NCBI GenBank assembly: GCA_963790415.1
Contig: CAWBOK010000003.1
Location: 799,273-863,272 of the forward strand
DNA from: an uncultured Actinomycetota bacterium
GTDB taxonomy: Bacteria; Actinomycetota; Thermoleophilia; RBG-16-64-13
Direction of reading: 5' to 3'
Length of the DNA: 64,000 nt
The position numbers were made by a program, and so were the translations under genes. Shown here in pieces: positions 35,694 to 44,803 of this stretch (position 1 is the first letter of the stretch; each line of letters begins with the position of its first letter). The notes beneath the pieces are model-generated. The model had not been told where the DNA came from. It made no database searches and worked only from the letters and a program-made list of their open reading frames with translations.

Positions 35694-37649
35694 TCACCCG
35701 GCGCGGAAGCCGCCGCCCCCGCCGCCTGAGGAGAAGCCGCCCCCGCCTCCCGAGGAACTCCTGCTCCCCGAGAAGCTGCTGCGGGAGCTACTGCCGGAGC
35801 TGCTCCGGTGGCTCCCTCCACCGGTGACGCGCGCACTGCCGAACGCCCCGTGACCGCTGCCCGTGCTCGACGGAGCCGACATCAGGACAGTGGAGAGCTT
35901 GTCGAAACCGGCGAAGAGGCCGTCGGACACCGACGAGAGGCTGACCGTCGACAGACTCGAGGCGAGGTCGCCGAGTCCGGCTCCGCCGCCCGCCACACCG
36001 GCGGTCCCTCCGGTGGCGTCCGTTTGGGCCGCCCGACTCGGCGCGGGCGTGTCGTCCTCCGTCTGCTGGAGGTCGGGCGTCCGGCGTGCGTTCGGACCGA
36101 TCACCGGCTCCAGCCAATCAGGCACCGACACCAGGAGTTCGTGGAAGCGAAGCACCCAACGCTTCTCCACTCCGAAGGCGATGGCGTAAGGCAGGTAGCG
36201 CTCGAAGGTCTCCTGGGCGACGGCGAGGTCCTGGAAGCCGGCGAGGTCGTCGAGGTAGTTGCGGAACGCCTCCCAACGGCGCTGCTCCTGAGCGCCCTCA
36301 CGCGTGCGTTGCGGCATCACCCGGGCGAAGCCGAACACCACGGCCACGCTCAGGACCGACCCCAGCGCGACGTATCCCCATCCAGCCACCCCGGCCACGG
36401 CCAACATCACCGTGAGAACGAACAGCACGAACCCGAGCGTGAACGCTCGTCCCTTCCAGTAGCGTCGGGCGGCCTGGGGGCTCTCGGCCATGAGGCCACG
36501 CTGCACGACGTCTGCAAACACCGCCTCGTCGAATTCCATGTTGATCTCCGCCAGGCGTCTCTGCAGCATGGGGAACTTCACCCGTTCGTCGCCACCGGCG
36601 AAGAGCCGGTCCGCGACGAACTCGTCGAGCCCCATGAGACCCTCGATGGACCGGAGCTTGCGGACCTGCCAGGACGAGCGGTCGGTCTGGCTCTGCGGCA
36701 ATTCCAGATAACCGCGCCGCGCGAGATCGGCAAGGGTGGCAAAGAGCTCGCGGCTGTCTACGCGCTCGTCTAGCAGGGCTCCCGCGGCGGCCGGGGAGAG
36801 GTCCGAGGGGGGCTCGGTCGCGTACTTCGCGAACACGGCGGCCGGGTCGTCCCGGCCCCGCCGGAACCATACCAGCAGCATACAGAGGAACACTCCGATG
36901 GGCAACAGGAAGCCCGCCTTGGGCACAACCGCAGCCGCCAACCGGCCGGCGGTCCAGGTGAACCGGACCACGCCCTTGGGGAAGCCCACCGCGATCCAGT
37001 ACTTGGTGTAGGGAAAGAGGTTCTTCGCCTCGAATAGCACAGTCGAGGGAGCGGGGCCGGACACGGTGCTCTGCACGTTCAGGCTGGTATCTACCGCCCA
37101 CTCGAGATCCTTCGTCGGGACGGCGCCCGGAAGGTGCACCGAGACGCGCACCAGGTCGATGGGAACCGGGGTGTCGGCGTCGAAGACGTGCCACGCGAGC
37201 TCGTCCGCCTCGTCGTAGTAGGCCACCGCCCCCTTGGCGAGGTAGCGGATGGTCCAGGTCTCGCTGGTGTCGGCGAGGTTGAAGGCCAACTGCACGACCA
37301 GATCGCCGCCCTCGGTGAAGACGTCGTAGCTGCCCGGCTCGGTCCCCCGGGGGAGAGGCTTCCCGTCTTGCAGCACCTGGACATCTTCGATACCTTCCAG
37401 AGCATCGGTGGGAATCACCCGGGCTACGTAGCTGAAAGAGCCTTCGAAGGTGAAGGTCACGTCCTCCGAGACCTGCACGTCTCCCGATTCCTGCACGTCT
37501 AGGGCGACGTCCATGGCGTTGATGCGCCAGGTCTTGGCGTCCGCCGACGGCGCCCAGGCAAGGAGCGCGACGGCCGCTACGAGGAGCATCGCGGCGAGGG
37601 CGGCGAACACCCGGCCGTGTATCGTGAAGGCTGGGCCCCGGGCGGTCAA
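35694..37649 (-). CDS. DUF2207 domain membrane protein with Gly/Ser-rich C-terminal tail
   Basis: Signal peptide, a DUF2207-like N-terminal beta-rich domain (WRINAMDVALDVQESGDVQVSEDVTFTFEGSF), TM segments, and a tail GGGGGFSSGGGGGGFRAG. Confidence 0.75.
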   Translation of the reverse strand: MTARGPAFTIHGRVFAALAAMLLVAAVALLAWAPSADAKTWRINAMDVALDVQESGDVQVSEDVTFTFEGSFSYVARVIPTDALEGIEDVQVLQDGKPLPRGTEPGSYDVFTEGGDLVVQLAFNLADTSETWTIRYLAKGAVAYYDEADELAWHVFDADTPVPIDLVRVSVHLPGAVPTKDLEWAVDTSLNVQSTVSGPAPSTVLFEAKNLFPYTKYWIAVGFPKGVVRFTWTAGRLAAAVVPKAGFLLPIGVFLCMLLVWFRRGRDDPAAVFAKYATEPPSDLSPAAAGALLDERVDSRELFATLADLARRGYLELPQSQTDRSSWQVRKLRSIEGLMGLDEFVADRLFAGGDERVKFPMLQRRLAEINMEFDEAVFADVVQRGLMAESPQAARRYWKGRAFTLGFVLFVLTVMLAVAGVAGWGYVALGSVLSVAVVFGFARVMPQRTREGAQEQRRWEAFRNYLDDLAGFQDLAVAQETFERYLPYAIAFGVEKRWVLRFHELLVSVPDWLEPVIGPNARRTPDLQQTEDDTPAPSRAAQTDATGGTAGVAGGGAGLGDLASSLSTVSLSSVSDGLFAGFDKLSTVLMSAPSSTGSGHGAFGSARVTGGGSHRSSSGSSSRSSFSGSRSSSGGGGGFSSGGGGGGFRAG

Positions 37650-38461
37650 GGGGCGCGACCGCTCGTCCAGCCCGCGCCCCCCGCGGCTACAGCCACGGCT
37701 GCGATGGCCACGACCTCGGCCGAGTTCAGCCGTTGCGACAGCAGCACGAATCCCACCATGGCGGCGATGGCGGGTTCGATGCTGAGGAGCACCCCGTAGG
37801 TGGAGGCCGGCACCCGCCGGAGCGCCAGCAGCTCGAGGTGATACGGGAGTGCCGACGAGAGCAGCGCCACCAGGACACCCAGGGCGAGGTATCTACCGTG
37901 GCCCTCGATCACCACCCCGCTTACGAGGAGGAGCGGGGTCAGGAGCAGGGCGGACCCTACCAGCATCTGGATGGTAACGCCGAGCGGGTCCAGGTGGGTC
38001 ACCGCCCGTTTGGCCAGGAGCAGGAAGGCCCCCCAGCACGCGGCCGCCGCGAACGCGAAGGCCAAGCCCACGGGTTCCGCGGTGCCGGAGGGACCGGCGA
38101 GCAGCGCCACCCCGCACCCGGCCAGGACGATCCACACCCAGTCGAGGAGTCTTCGCGACCCCAGGACGGCCACCGCCAACGGTCCGAGGAACTCGATCGT
38201 CACTACAATGCCGAGTGGCACTCGGCTGATCGCCTGGTAGAAGAAGAAGTTCATCCCGAGGAGTGCGAACGTGAGTGCGAGAAGGCCGGTGCGCTGCCCT
38301 CGGGCGGGGAAGCGGAGAGATCGCGGTCGCACGGCGATGAGCATGAGCGCCGCCAGGGCGGTCCGCAACCATAGCGCTTCCACCACCCCCACAGATTCGA
38401 TGACCCGCACCCCGAGGGCGGACCCGACCTGGAAGAGCAGCCCGACCGAGATCACAATCAT
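37646..38461 (-). CDS. EamA/DMT-family transporter
   Basis: 10-TM DMT pattern. The track ORF extends to 38869, but that N-terminal part is non-membrane and Arg/Pro-rich. I use the ATG at 38461 (MIVISVGLLFQ...). Confidence 0.7.
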   Translation of the reverse strand: MIVISVGLLFQVGSALGVRVIESVGVVEALWLRTALAALMLIAVRPRSLRFPARGQRTGLLALTFALLGMNFFFYQAISRVPLGIVVTIEFLGPLAVAVLGSRRLLDWVWIVLAGCGVALLAGPSGTAEPVGLAFAFAAAACWGAFLLLAKRAVTHLDPLGVTIQMLVGSALLLTPLLLVSGVVIEGHGRYLALGVLVALLSSALPYHLELLALRRVPASTYGVLLSIEPAIAAMVGFVLLSQRLNSAEVVAIAAVAVAAGGAGWTSGRAP

Positions 38462-38831
38462 CACGGCGGCGCCCGCGCCCCGGCGAGGCGCGGTGATGTG
38501 CTTGACTGCGGCGGTGCCTATGCCGGCCTGCGCCGGGGGGTCGATGCGGATGATCCGGCCTGCCCTAGGAAATGGGGATTCGGGGCTCGCGGTGGGTCGA
38601 TGGCTCAGGATACCGGTCGCGGGGCCGGGGTGCCATAGGGCGGCCGGGGCCACGGATCTGCGGGATCTCGATTGGGATCGACAGCCTGTTGGGCAGGCCC
38701 GCGTCCCGTTGGGTCCTGAAGCGCCACAACGACTTGTCCATTTGTACTCCGCCTCCGCTTCCCAGGCGTGCTTGGATTCCCCCCACATTCTTCGGTGGAA
38801 CACGTCGGCCGCGACCGCTACAGTGGGGGTC

Positions 38832-39947
38832 ATGGAATGTGAACCCCCACAGATCGCCCGGGAGGACATGTTGCGCGCTCTCGCGGCTCGCGACGCTTCC
38901 TACGACGGGCTCTTCTTCGCCGCGGTAACGACCACCGGCATCTTCTGCCGGCCCTCGTGTCCCGCGCGAAACCCCAAGCCCGAGAACGTCGAGTTCTACC
39001 GCACTGCGCGTGAGGCGCTCTTCGCGGGGTTCCGGCCTTGCCGCCGCTGCCATCCGCTGGAGGAACCGGGGCGCGCGCCGGAGTGGGTGTCCCGCCTGAT
39101 CGCACGCGTGGAAGCGCACCCGACCGAGAGGATCCGGGACTCCGAGCTACGGACCGAAGGCCTCGACCCCGCAGCCGTCCGCCGCTACTTCCAGAAGATG
39201 TACGGCATGACCTTCCAGGCGTACTCGCGCTCTCGTCGGCTGGGGAATGCCTTCCAGGCGATCAGGACCGGAGCAGGAATCGACGAGGTGGTGTTCCGCC
39301 ACGGCTGGGAGTCGCACTCCGGTTTCCGCGAGGCCTTCGGCAAAGCTGCCGGCGCGCCGCCGGGAAAGGTCGCCTCCGCCCCTCCTCCCGGGCCTTCGGG
39401 CCGCGTGAGCGTGCCGGCCGACTTCATCCGCCTGGCCTGGCTCGAGACCGCCCTCGGCCCCATGGTCGTGGGCGCCACCGCCGACGCGGTCTGCCTTTTG
39501 GAGTTCACCGACCGCCGCATGCTGGAGGCGCAGTTCGAAACGCTCAAGAAGCGCTACCGTCTGCCTCTTTTCGCGGGGGAGAGCCGACTCATCGACCTGG
39601 TGCGCCGTCAGCTGGCCGAGTATCTCGCCGGGGAACGAACGAGCTTCGACATTCCCCTGGACTATCCGGGGAGCGACTTCCAGCGCCGGGTCTGGGATGG
39701 ACTGCGACGCATCCCCTACGGCGAGACCCGCACCTATTCCGAGCTGGCCCGGGAACTGGGTGTGCCCACGGCCGCCCGCGCGGTCGGCCGTGCTAATGGG
39801 CTCAACCGTATCTCCATCCTCGTCCCCTGCCACCGGGTGATCGCTGCGGACGGCGGCTTGGGCGGCTATGGCGGAGGGCTCTGGCGCAAGCTGCGGCTAC
39901 TTGAGACCGAAGGGGCGGCAGTGGTCGGGGGATATCGGGGTCTGTGA
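38832..39947 (+). CDS. ada: Bifunctional Ada-like regulator/methyltransferase (Ada Zn-binding + AraC HTH + O6-alkylguanine-DNA methyltransferase)
   Basis: FCRPSCPARNPKPENV...CRRCHP (Ada Zn domain), an AraC-type HTH, and a C-terminal ...IPYGETRTYSELA...LVPCHRVI (PCHR active site). The true start is the ATG at 38832 (MECEPP...). Confidence 0.85.
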   Translation: MECEPPQIAREDMLRALAARDASYDGLFFAAVTTTGIFCRPSCPARNPKPENVEFYRTAREALFAGFRPCRRCHPLEEPGRAPEWVSRLIARVEAHPTERIRDSELRTEGLDPAAVRRYFQKMYGMTFQAYSRSRRLGNAFQAIRTGAGIDEVVFRHGWESHSGFREAFGKAAGAPPGKVASAPPPGPSGRVSVPADFIRLAWLETALGPMVVGATADAVCLLEFTDRRMLEAQFETLKKRYRLPLFAGESRLIDLVRRQLAEYLAGERTSFDIPLDYPGSDFQRRVWDGLRRIPYGETRTYSELARELGVPTAARAVGRANGLNRISILVPCHRVIAADGGLGGYGGGLWRKLRLLETEGAAVVGGYRGL

Positions 39948-40254
39948 TACGCCGGCGCCGGCCCGGACGAACGCTCCATCGATGTCGCCCAGAGAGCGCA
40001 CACGACGCGAAGATCGGGAGCGCCGGATGCCGTGAAACACGAACTATGAGAAGCTCCTCGAGTCCCATCATATCGGTTCGGTTCGGACGCGCAACCGGAT
40101 CATCAAGACAGGCGCGTCCATGTGTTACTGGCACCCGGACTACGAAGCCGTCAGGGTGGCGGCCATTCGCGGGCACAGCGTGACCCTCTGGCGACGCACG
40201 GAGCACAGCGTCGCACCGCACGGATGGGGGCGAGTCCCCCGGAGGAGGCTATCC

Positions 40255-40539
40255 ATGAGCTTGATCAGCACGCTGATTCTCGGCTTTCTAGTGGGTGTTA
40301 TCGCCCGTGTCATCACGCCCGGTGATTTCTTCCGGCACTACAGCGGCGTCGTGTCCTGGGGCATCTCTATTCTTGTCGGCCTCGGTGGGGCCTTCATCGG
40401 CTTCCTCGTCTTTCACGTCTTGCTCGGCTGGGGTGACGCCAGCATCTTCAATTGGGGCAGCATCATAGGCTCGATCATCGGCGCCGTGATCCTGCTCATT
40501 ATCCTGACCTTCGTCCTCAACCGGAGGAGAAGAGCCTAA
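40255..40539 (+). CDS. GlsB/YeaQ/YmgE-family (transglycosylase-associated) small membrane protein
   Basis: MSLISTLILGFLVGVIARVITPG...GSIIGSIIGAVILLII. GGAGGAGG RBS. Confidence 0.8.
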   Translation: MSLISTLILGFLVGVIARVITPGDFFRHYSGVVSWGISILVGLGGAFIGFLVFHVLLGWGDASIFNWGSIIGSIIGAVILLIILTFVLNRRRRA

Positions 40540-40542
40540 GCT

Positions 40543-40573
40543 GCGATGGGGCGCCTGTCGGGCGCCCCATCGC
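40543..40573. terminator. Bidirectional 13-bp perfect hairpin between convergent genes
   Basis: GCGATGGGGCGCC-TGTCG-GGCGCCCCATCGC, lying 4 nt after the glsB-family stop codon (40537-40539) and 61 nt after the M48 stop. Confidence 0.55.
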
Positions 40574-40633
40574 GCTGGGCCGGAAGTCGTCGAAATCGCA
40601 TGACCGACGCCGGTCCGGCCTGCCGCCGCGACG

Positions 40634-41885
40634 TCACTGCGTCGGCGGCGACCTCCGCGCCGTGAGAGCGGCGACGCGCTCGACCAGCGGCGGATGGGAG
40701 TAGTGCAGGAGCACGTAGAACGGATCCGGCGTCAGGTTGGTGAGGGTGCTCCTCGCCAGGGTGACGAGGGCCGTCACCATCGCTTCCGGGTCGCGCGTCG
40801 TGGCCGCCGCGAAGGCGTCGGCCTGGCGCTCGTGCCGGCGCGAGAGGGCAAGTAGTCCCACCGAGAGCGCCGTTTCCACCGCTGTCAGCAAGAGAGCCGA
40901 AGAATACCAGCCCCGCGTAGACAGAAGGCTCCTCCACACCGAACGCGGCGAAGAGCCCCTCCCGGGTCAGGAACTGGGAGAGCAGGTAGAAGAGCACTCC
41001 CATGTGCACCACCGACAGGACCAGGCCCTGCAGAACGTGCCGCTTCTTGTAGTGGCCCACCTCGTGGGCGATCACGGCCACCAACTCCCGCGTGCCGTGC
41101 TGCGCGATCAGGGTGTCGAAGAGGGCTATACGCTTGTTCCGGCCGAAACCGGTGAAGAAGGCGTTGGCTTTCGTGGAGCGGCGGGAGCCGTCCATGACCA
41201 TGACGGAGCGCACGGGGAACTCCACCGAGGCCGCATAGTCGGAGATCGCCGTACGCAACTCCCCATCTTCCAGCGGGGTGAAGCGATTGAAGAGCGGCAT
41301 GATCCAGGTGGGTACCACGAACTCCAGCGCCACGGAGAAGGCCACCACGACCGCCCACGCGTAGACCCAGGCGAGAGCTCCGGCGTACGCAAAGAACGCG
41401 ATCACCACCGCCAGTGCCGGCGCGCCCAGCACGACCGCGAGGAGTAACCCCTTGACCATATCGGCCAGGAACGTTCGCACCGTGGTCCGGTTGAACCCGT
41501 ACCTTGCCTCGACCACGAACGTGCCGTAGACCACGAAGGGCAGGTCGATGAGGCCGCGGGCTGCGCCCAGTACGGCCACGAAGACCAGGCCTTGCGTGAC
41601 CGGGCCGCCCGCCATCCCCGACACCCAACCGGCCAGCCAGGCGAAGCCCCCGAAGCCCCAGAAGGCCAGCAAGGCCGCCAGATCTACCAACTGCGACACC
41701 CTGCCCAGCCGGGTGCGCTCCCGCGTGTAGCGCTGGGAGCGGCGGTAGGTATCCGGTTCGTACACCGTCTCGAAGCCGGGCGGAGGCTCTTCGCGTAGGG
41801 CGCGCAGGTTACGTATCTCGGCGACCCGATCGACGGCGTAGTCGGCCACCAGGGCCACGGCGATGATGACGGCGTAGGCGTTCAT
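40634..41885 (-). pseudogene. M48-family (Ste24/HtpX-like) zinc metallopeptidase, one frameshift
   Basis: HEVGHYKKRH (HExxH). Frame change near 40888-40904 into ...LSRRHERQADAFA...HYSHPPLVERV (track ORF 40634..40939). Confidence 0.75.
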
Positions 41886-41976
41886 GTGAGAAGTATGCCC
41901 CGGATCGCCTCTCGGCGCGTCTGTTGCGCGGGGGCCGCCGACGCCGCGTTCGACAGAGCGTCGGTGGCGACGCGTG

Positions 41977-42396
41977 TCAGAGCCGCAGGTCTCTCGGGTC
42001 TACGCGCACGAGCCCGGGGATGCGGTCGAACCCTCGGTCGGTGCTGACGATCTGGGAGAGGCCGTGTCGCCGGGCGACGGCTCCGTGCAGGAGGTCGCGG
42101 GAGGAGACCCCTGAGTCTGGCGGGATGCGGTCGCCGAGCGCGCGGGCTTCGTGGAGGTCCTCGATCTCAATGGGCAGCACCGACCGAGTGCCGGCCAGCA
42201 CAGCCTCGAATACGGCGCTCAGGTCGTCGGTCCGCCTGATGCTTCGGTAGCGATGGAGTATTTCTTGCAGGGTCTCGACGCTGGTGACCAGGGACACCCG
42301 GCCTGCGGCCCCGGCGCTCAGCAGCGCAGCGCAGGGCTCCTTGAACGGACTCGGGGAGCCGCAGGCGTATATGAAGACTGAGGTGTCGACGTACAT
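41977..42396 (-). CDS. vapC: VapC-type PIN-domain toxin
   Basis: MYVDTSVFIY (Asp4), SVETLQE, SSRDLLH and STDRGF acidic residues of the PIN fold. Confidence 0.8.
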   Translation of the reverse strand: MYVDTSVFIYACGSPSPFKEPCAALLSAGAAGRVSLVTSVETLQEILHRYRSIRRTDDLSAVFEAVLAGTRSVLPIEIEDLHEARALGDRIPPDSGVSSRDLLHGAVARRHGLSQIVSTDRGFDRIPGLVRVDPRDLRL

Positions 42397-42406
42397 CAGC
42401 CGCCGG

Positions 42407-42481
42407 CAGGCTGCTGAAAAGTGACGCTTCGCCGCCAGTGCGTTCGTGGGGCCACGGCTTCGGCTTTCAGCAGCCTCTTAG
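42407..42481 (+). repeat. Nested-palindrome interspersed element, short form (75 bp), copy 3, between vapB and vapC
   Basis: Same termini as the long form (CAGGCTGCTGAAAAGTGACGCTTCGCCGCCAG / TGCGTTCGTGGGGCCACGGCTTCGGCTTTCAGCAGCCTCTTAG). The central 90 bp is absent. The vapB TAA stop lies in its last 4 nt. Confidence 0.85.
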
Positions 42482-42729
42482 CCAAGGTCGTATGTCTCGT
42501 CCAGGAGACGGGCGAGTTCCTCCGGATCGGCGGGGACCGGCGCCTCGAGCGCCGTGGCTCGGGCGATGGCGGCCAACCGCCAACCCGCCTCGTCCTCGTC
42601 CAAGATTCGGGCGATAGACTCCCGCACGAGGGCGGCCACGGTGGTATGTTGCGCGGTCGCTCGCTGTTCGAGGCGCCGAAGTGCGAGGCTGTCGACTCGG
42701 AGTTCCAATCTGGCGTCCAGTGTACCCAC
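42478..42729 (-). CDS. vapB: Ribbon-helix-helix (CopG/VapB-type) antitoxin
   Basis: 83 aa. The N-terminal beta-strand/helix pattern LELRVDSLALRRLEQRATAQHTTVAALVRESI. It lies upstream of vapC. Confidence 0.7.
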   Translation of the reverse strand: MGTLDARLELRVDSLALRRLEQRATAQHTTVAALVRESIARILDEDEAGWRLAAIARATALEAPVPADPEELARLLDETYDLG

Positions 42730-42829
42730 GGACCGTGCTCCTGTCCGTACAACTTTGGTAGGACACTGTCATGGTAGCACGCTACGAGTGTCCACCGCGC
42801 ATACAGGTATCACTGGGGCCCGCGGACCT

Positions 42830-44803
42830 CTAGGACGCCTCGGCCAGGGCCTCGGCGAACTGGCTGTTGTACAACTCGTAGTAGAACCCGCGACGTGCCA
42901 ACAGCTCCGCGTGCGCTCCCTGCTCGACGATCCGACCGTGGTCCATCACCAGGATGGTGTCGGCGTCTCGGATCGTCGAAAGCCGGTGCGCGATCACGAA
43001 GCTGGTCCGGTTCTTCAGCAGCTTGACCATGGCCTTCTGGATCAGCACCTCGGTCCGCGTGTCGACGGAGCTGGTCGCCTCGTCCAGGATAAGGATCTCC
43101 GGATCGGCCAGGAACGCCCGCGCGATGGTAAGTAGCTGCTTCTCGCCTTCGGAGACGCTGGTGGAGTCGTCGTCGAGACGGGTCTCGTAGCCCTTGGGCA
43201 GCGTGCGGACGAAATGGTCCACGTGCGCGGCGTCCGCGGCAGCCAGGATCTGCTCGTCGGTGGCGTTCTCGCGGCCGTAGCCGATGTTGTCGCGGATCGT
43301 GCCGCCGAACAACCACGCGTCCTGCAACACCATGCCGAAGAGGCGGCGCAGATCGTCGCGCGTCATGTCCCGAGTGTCCACGCCGTCGATGAAGATGCCG
43401 CCGCCGTCGATCTCGTAGAAGCGCAGCAACAGGTTCACGAGGGTGGTCTTGCCCGCTCCGGTGGGGCCCACGATCGCGATGGTCTGCCCCGGCCGCACGT
43501 CGAGGTTGAAGTCCTCGATGAGGGGGGTGTCGGGCAGGTAGCGGAAGGACACATCCTTGAGGGTTATTCGTCCGCTGACCTGTTCAAGGACTACCGGGGT
43601 GACGGTGTCCGGAAGCTCTTCCGCTTCGTCGAGCAGCTCGAACACCCGCTCCGCCGACGCGGCGGCCGATTGCAGGACGTTGGCGATGCTGGCGGTCTGC
43701 GTGATCGGCTGGGTGAATTGACGGGAGTACTGGACGAACGCCTGCACGGCGCCCAGGGAGAGGGCGCCGCTCGCGACCTGGAGGCCGCCGACCACGCAGA
43801 TACCCACGTAGTTCAGGTTTCCTATGAACATCATGCACGGCATGATGATGCCGGAGATGAACTGCGCTTTGAAGCTCGCCTCGTAGAGCTTGTCGTTGGC
43901 CTCGTCGAACGTCGCGATCGCTTCCTTCTGCCGCCCGAACACCTTCACTATGTTGTGGCCGGTGTGCATCTCCTCCACGTGCCCGTTCAGCCGTCCGGTC
44001 TCCTTCCACTGGCGGGCGAACTGCTTTTGCGACCGTTTGGCGATCACCATGGTGACCACCACCGAGAGGGGCACGGTCAGCAGTGAGATGGCGGCGAGCA
44101 GAGGACTGATGGTGAGCATCATGATCAGGACGCCGATGAGGGTGAGTACGGCGGTCATGATCTGGGTGAGGCTCTGTTGGATGGTGGTGGCTATGTTGTC
44201 GATGTCGTTGGTGATGCGGCTGAGGATGTCTCCGCGGGCATGGTCGTCGAAGTACTTCAGCGGCAGCCTTCCCAGCTTGAGGTCGACCTCGCGGCGGAGT
44301 CCGTAGACGAGTCGTTGCGCGACCCCCGCCGTGAGGTAGCCCTGCAGCCAGGTGAAAAGCGCGCTCGCCAGGTAGAGGAGTGCGACGATGCCCAAGATGC
44401 GCCCGATTGCTCCGAAATCCGGGCCGACTCCGGGCGTGAGGTCCATGCCGGAGAGCATCGTCGCCAGCCGCGTCTGTCCCTGCGCCTGAAGCCCGGCGAT
44501 GACCTGCGCCTTAGTGGCGCCACTGGGAAGTTGCGAGCTGATGGAGCCTTCGAACAGCAGGTTGGTGGCTGTGGCGAGGATCCTGGGGGCCAGAACGCTC
44601 AGGCCGACACCGACTGCGGCGAAGCCCGTGACCAAGGCGAGCAGCGGAGCATCGGGCTTGAGTCTTCCGACCAGGCGCTTGAACGAGCCCTTGAAGTCCT
44701 TCGACTTCTCTACGGGTGCCATCATCGCGTGGCCGGGCCCGAAGGCCGGGCCGCGCGGCGGGCCCGGCTTGGGGCGGTCGGTCGTGTCGCGTTCGTCGGT
44801 CAC
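42830..44803 (-). CDS. ABC transporter ATP-binding/permease protein (type-I exporter half-transporter)
   Basis: 6-TM domain plus NBD. Motifs are GPTGAGKTT (Walker A), VSEGEKQLL (degenerate signature) and ILILDEATS (Walker B). Confidence 0.88.
   Translation of the reverse strand: MTDERDTTDRPKPGPPRGPAFGPGHAMMAPVEKSKDFKGSFKRLVGRLKPDAPLLALVTGFAAVGVGLSVLAPRILATATNLLFEGSISSQLPSGATKAQVIAGLQAQGQTRLATMLSGMDLTPGVGPDFGAIGRILGIVALLYLASALFTWLQGYLTAGVAQRLVYGLRREVDLKLGRLPLKYFDDHARGDILSRITNDIDNIATTIQQSLTQIMTAVLTLIGVLIMMLTISPLLAAISLLTVPLSVVVTMVIAKRSQKQFARQWKETGRLNGHVEEMHTGHNIVKVFGRQKEAIATFDEANDKLYEASFKAQFISGIIMPCMMFIGNLNYVGICVVGGLQVASGALSLGAVQAFVQYSRQFTQPITQTASIANVLQSAAASAERVFELLDEAEELPDTVTPVVLEQVSGRITLKDVSFRYLPDTPLIEDFNLDVRPGQTIAIVGPTGAGKTTLVNLLLRFYEIDGGGIFIDGVDTRDMTRDDLRRLFGMVLQDAWLFGGTIRDNIGYGRENATDEQILAAADAAHVDHFVRTLPKGYETRLDDDSTSVSEGEKQLLTIARAFLADPEILILDEATSSVDTRTEVLIQKAMVKLLKNRTSFVIAHRLSTIRDADTILVMDHGRIVEQGAHAELLARRGFYYELYNSQFAEALAEAS

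Noticed and set aside
37646-38869. N-terminal extensions of the EamA transporter (to 38869) and of the Ada protein (from 38271) as drawn in the track
   Set aside because: The two extensions overlap each other on opposite strands and are Arg/Pro/Ser-rich with no TM or domain features. Internal ATG codons (38461 and 38832) give products matching full-length family members.
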